A stretch of 64,000 nt of DNA from Chloroflexota bacterium (GTDB lineage: Bacteria > Chloroflexota > Dehalococcoidia > Lucifugimonadales > JADFKI01). Below the pieces are notes generated by a model that was not told where the DNA came from, made no database searches, and saw only the letters and a program-made list of their open reading frames with translations. The position numbers and the translations under genes are program-made. Where the stretch lies: the NCBI GenBank assembly GCA_027623195.1, contig JAQBUT010000010.1:26235-90234 (forward strand), in the 5' to 3' direction. Shown piece after piece: positions 62,277 through 64,000 of this stretch; positions within the stretch are counted from its first letter, which is position 1, and each line of letters starts with the position of its first letter.

Positions 62277-62519
62277 CGAAGGGGGTGGAAGCAAATTGTT
62301 GAACAAATCCATCGTACTGTTTCCACGGTACATCCTGGTGTGGAGCATGTTTGGGAGGGGTGAGGCAAGCGTGTGAGGTCAAATTGTCCCCGTTTACCGT
62401 TTTGTAAAAGTATTAAAAATGTAAAAATTTGCAAATTACAGACCTAAAATTACTACTATCCGGTTTTGGGCATTGCTATGTTGGGTATCAATAGTTGTAA
62501 CAGCATAGAGGTTGAACGG

Positions 62520-62822
62520 ATGTCCAAGATAAAAGTCGCGGAAGATTTCAGCGTAGACCAGAGCGATATCAGCCACCTGTCATTGCGATGGCACCAGGTA
62601 ATCAGTAGCATTGAATACCTATCGGCGAAAAATTCGTTAACAATTCTAGATAGCATCATCAACTCGTATATGCGGGGCCAGGGCTATAAGATGGGCAACT
62701 GGAAGGGCGTGGAGAAGCACTACGGCAAGGCGTCCGGGTTGCTGTTTCTGGTTGTCGAAGATGCCCTGGACAAGTATGACGAGATACGGTGGATTCGAGC
62801 TGCGATACCCGCTCAGGAATAG
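62520..62822 (+). CDS. Hypothetical protein
   Basis: SD AGAGGT + ATG 62520; 100 aa, no recognised motif. Confidence 0.55.
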   Translation: MSKIKVAEDFSVDQSDISHLSLRWHQVISSIEYLSAKNSLTILDSIINSYMRGQGYKMGNWKGVEKHYGKASGLLFLVVEDALDKYDEIRWIRAAIPAQE

Positions 62823-62840
62823 CCGCATTTCCAGGATTGC

Positions 62841-63485
62841 CTAGAGCTCGACCGCCTGCATTAGCTGTACCCAGGTCTTAAAAGGCAGTTCGTAGCGTTG
62901 CCGGTACATTTCGCGGCACTTCTGCTGCATCTGCTCATCGAAGTGCTCAGGCATGGGCTGGTTTGATCGTGTCTGTTCCCAGTTCGTCGCGCTGTCGTAG
63001 CCAGTCAAAAGCACAATCTCCTGCGGAACGGTTGACGCCACGAGAGTCCACAATCCCAAAACGCAGGCCCCCTGTGCCTCTACACGAGGCCAAATGCCCT
63101 CCTCGGAATAACGCACGAAGTCGTCGAGGTCCTTGGGGTCTATCAAGAAACGACGGTAGCCAAAGACCTGGCGCTTGTCCTCGACCGGGATTACCTGCTT
63201 TGGCCGCGAGGCGATGGACCGCATCAACCGTACGTTTTCGCTCTCCACGCACGCGTTTCGCTCCGCTGAGATTTGGCCTTGCGCTCTCTCCCACGAAGCA
63301 ATATCGGCGAACCTCGTTACGACGATTAGCTCGGTAGCCGGCGCGCCTATGAGCCCGCTGACCATTCGCAATACCTCGCCGCCTTCTGCTTCAAACGCAG
63401 GCTTGATGCCTTCGCGAAAAAGCTCGACGTATTCGTCCGTTTTGCCGCGCCTGGTCGTGATGGTTCGCTCTTCGTAGATCGTCAT
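62841..63485 (-). CDS. NIPSNAP family (duplicated domain) protein
   Basis: IYEERT and FGYRRF repeats, G..VLG.W, dimeric alpha-beta barrel pattern. Confidence 0.7.
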   Translation of the reverse strand: MTIYEERTITTRRGKTDEYVELFREGIKPAFEAEGGEVLRMVSGLIGAPATELIVVTRFADIASWERAQGQISAERNACVESENVRLMRSIASRPKQVIPVEDKRQVFGYRRFLIDPKDLDDFVRYSEEGIWPRVEAQGACVLGLWTLVASTVPQEIVLLTGYDSATNWEQTRSNQPMPEHFDEQMQQKCREMYRQRYELPFKTWVQLMQAVEL

Positions 63486-63645
63486 CTTGACACCTTAATA
63501 TGGGATCGAAGCCGGGATTGTGGGCTGGGGCGCAATCTGAGGCTGATTCAGGGTTGGGTAGTCTTTGTTGTTGGGAACCCGGTGAGTTCTACTTGACGGG
63601 GCTGGTCGGCCCGGACTTAGCTTCCCTTTCTACGGGGAAGGGGGT

Positions 63646-63722
63646 TGGTAGCGCATACGGGATTCGAACCCGTGATCTTCGCCTTGAGAGGGCGATGTCC
63701 TTGGCCACTAGACGAATGCGCC
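63646..63722 (-). tRNA. tRNA-Glu(CTC)
   Basis: Cloverleaf, anticodon arm tcgcc-ctCTCaa-ggcga, GTTCGAAT T-loop, encoded CCA. Confidence 0.95.
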
Positions 63723-63739
63723 ACGCAATAAGCCAATAC

Positions 63740-63813
63740 TGGCTGGGGATAGAGGATTCGAACCTCTGCTTAGAGAGCCAGAATCTCTCGTCCTACCACT
63801 AGACGAATCCCCA
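63740..63813 (-). tRNA. tRNA-Gln(CTG)
   Basis: Cloverleaf, agaga-ttCTGgc-tctct, U1-A72, encoded CCA. Confidence 0.95.
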
Positions 63814-63824
63814 GCTTGCCAAAA

Positions 63825-63853
63825 ATTCTAACAGGCTGACCTCATTAATTCAA
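63825..63853 (-). promoter_or_regulatory. Promoter of the tRNA pair
   Basis: TTGAAT-17-TAGAAT with TG extension. Confidence 0.6.
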
Positions 63854-63930
63854 GTTGATAATTTGCTTTGCTTTGAACTGTTCTGGGGATGAATGATGGG
63901 GTGTTTTACCGGTGCCACTGGGGACTAAAG

Positions 63931-64000
63931 TGTAGACCGTCAGCGAAAGTGGGACACAAATGGACCTGAAATTAGTGGAGACTATAGGCAGGTAGAGTGA
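63931..64000 (+). mobile_element. Possible IS (IS3-like) left terminal inverted repeat at the window edge
   Basis: TGTAGACCGTCAGCGAAAGTGGGACAC resembles IS3-family IR ends; no transposase inside the window. Confidence 0.3.

Noticed and set aside
63500..63802. 100-aa + strand ORF
   Set aside because: Antisense to two tRNAs; spurious
1..64000. CRISPR array, rRNA, prophage or integrase
   Set aside because: No regularly spaced direct repeats, rRNA signatures, or phage/recombinase motifs were seen

Overview
A gene-dense, fairly GC-rich chromosomal segment. Gene content suggests Chloroflexota, class Dehalococcoidia, SAR202-like (inference from a minimal rsmH-ftsA-ftsZ cluster, acVLRF1, a DnaD plus tandem DnaC-like pair, and many CoA-transferase, crotonase, enolase and SDR paralogues). 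Positions 1-33 kb hold mostly accessory catabolic enzymes, interleaved with glnS, ftsAZ, rsmH, mog, trmD and truD. Positions 33-62 kb are mostly housekeeping: gyrA, holB, htpX/pspAB/pspAA/pspA, argF-der-plsY-gpsA, dnaJ-prmA-rsmE, holA, ychF, hemW, rplI-dnaB-dnaD-dnaC-like. A small decaying membrane-protein/DUF302 islet lies at 55-57 kb. The window ends with tRNA-Glu, tRNA-Gln and a possible IS end. No CRISPR array, rRNA, prophage or intact transposase is visible. Best leads: non-canonical ATA/ATC start codons, an asymmetric tandem AAA+ helicase loader, two candidate anti-SD-bearing sRNAs, a CADD homologue lacking the sacrificial Lys, a catalytically dead glutamine amidotransferase, a truncated RicT/YaaT, and a split Psp locus. 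All family calls come from motif recognition and memory, not from database searches.
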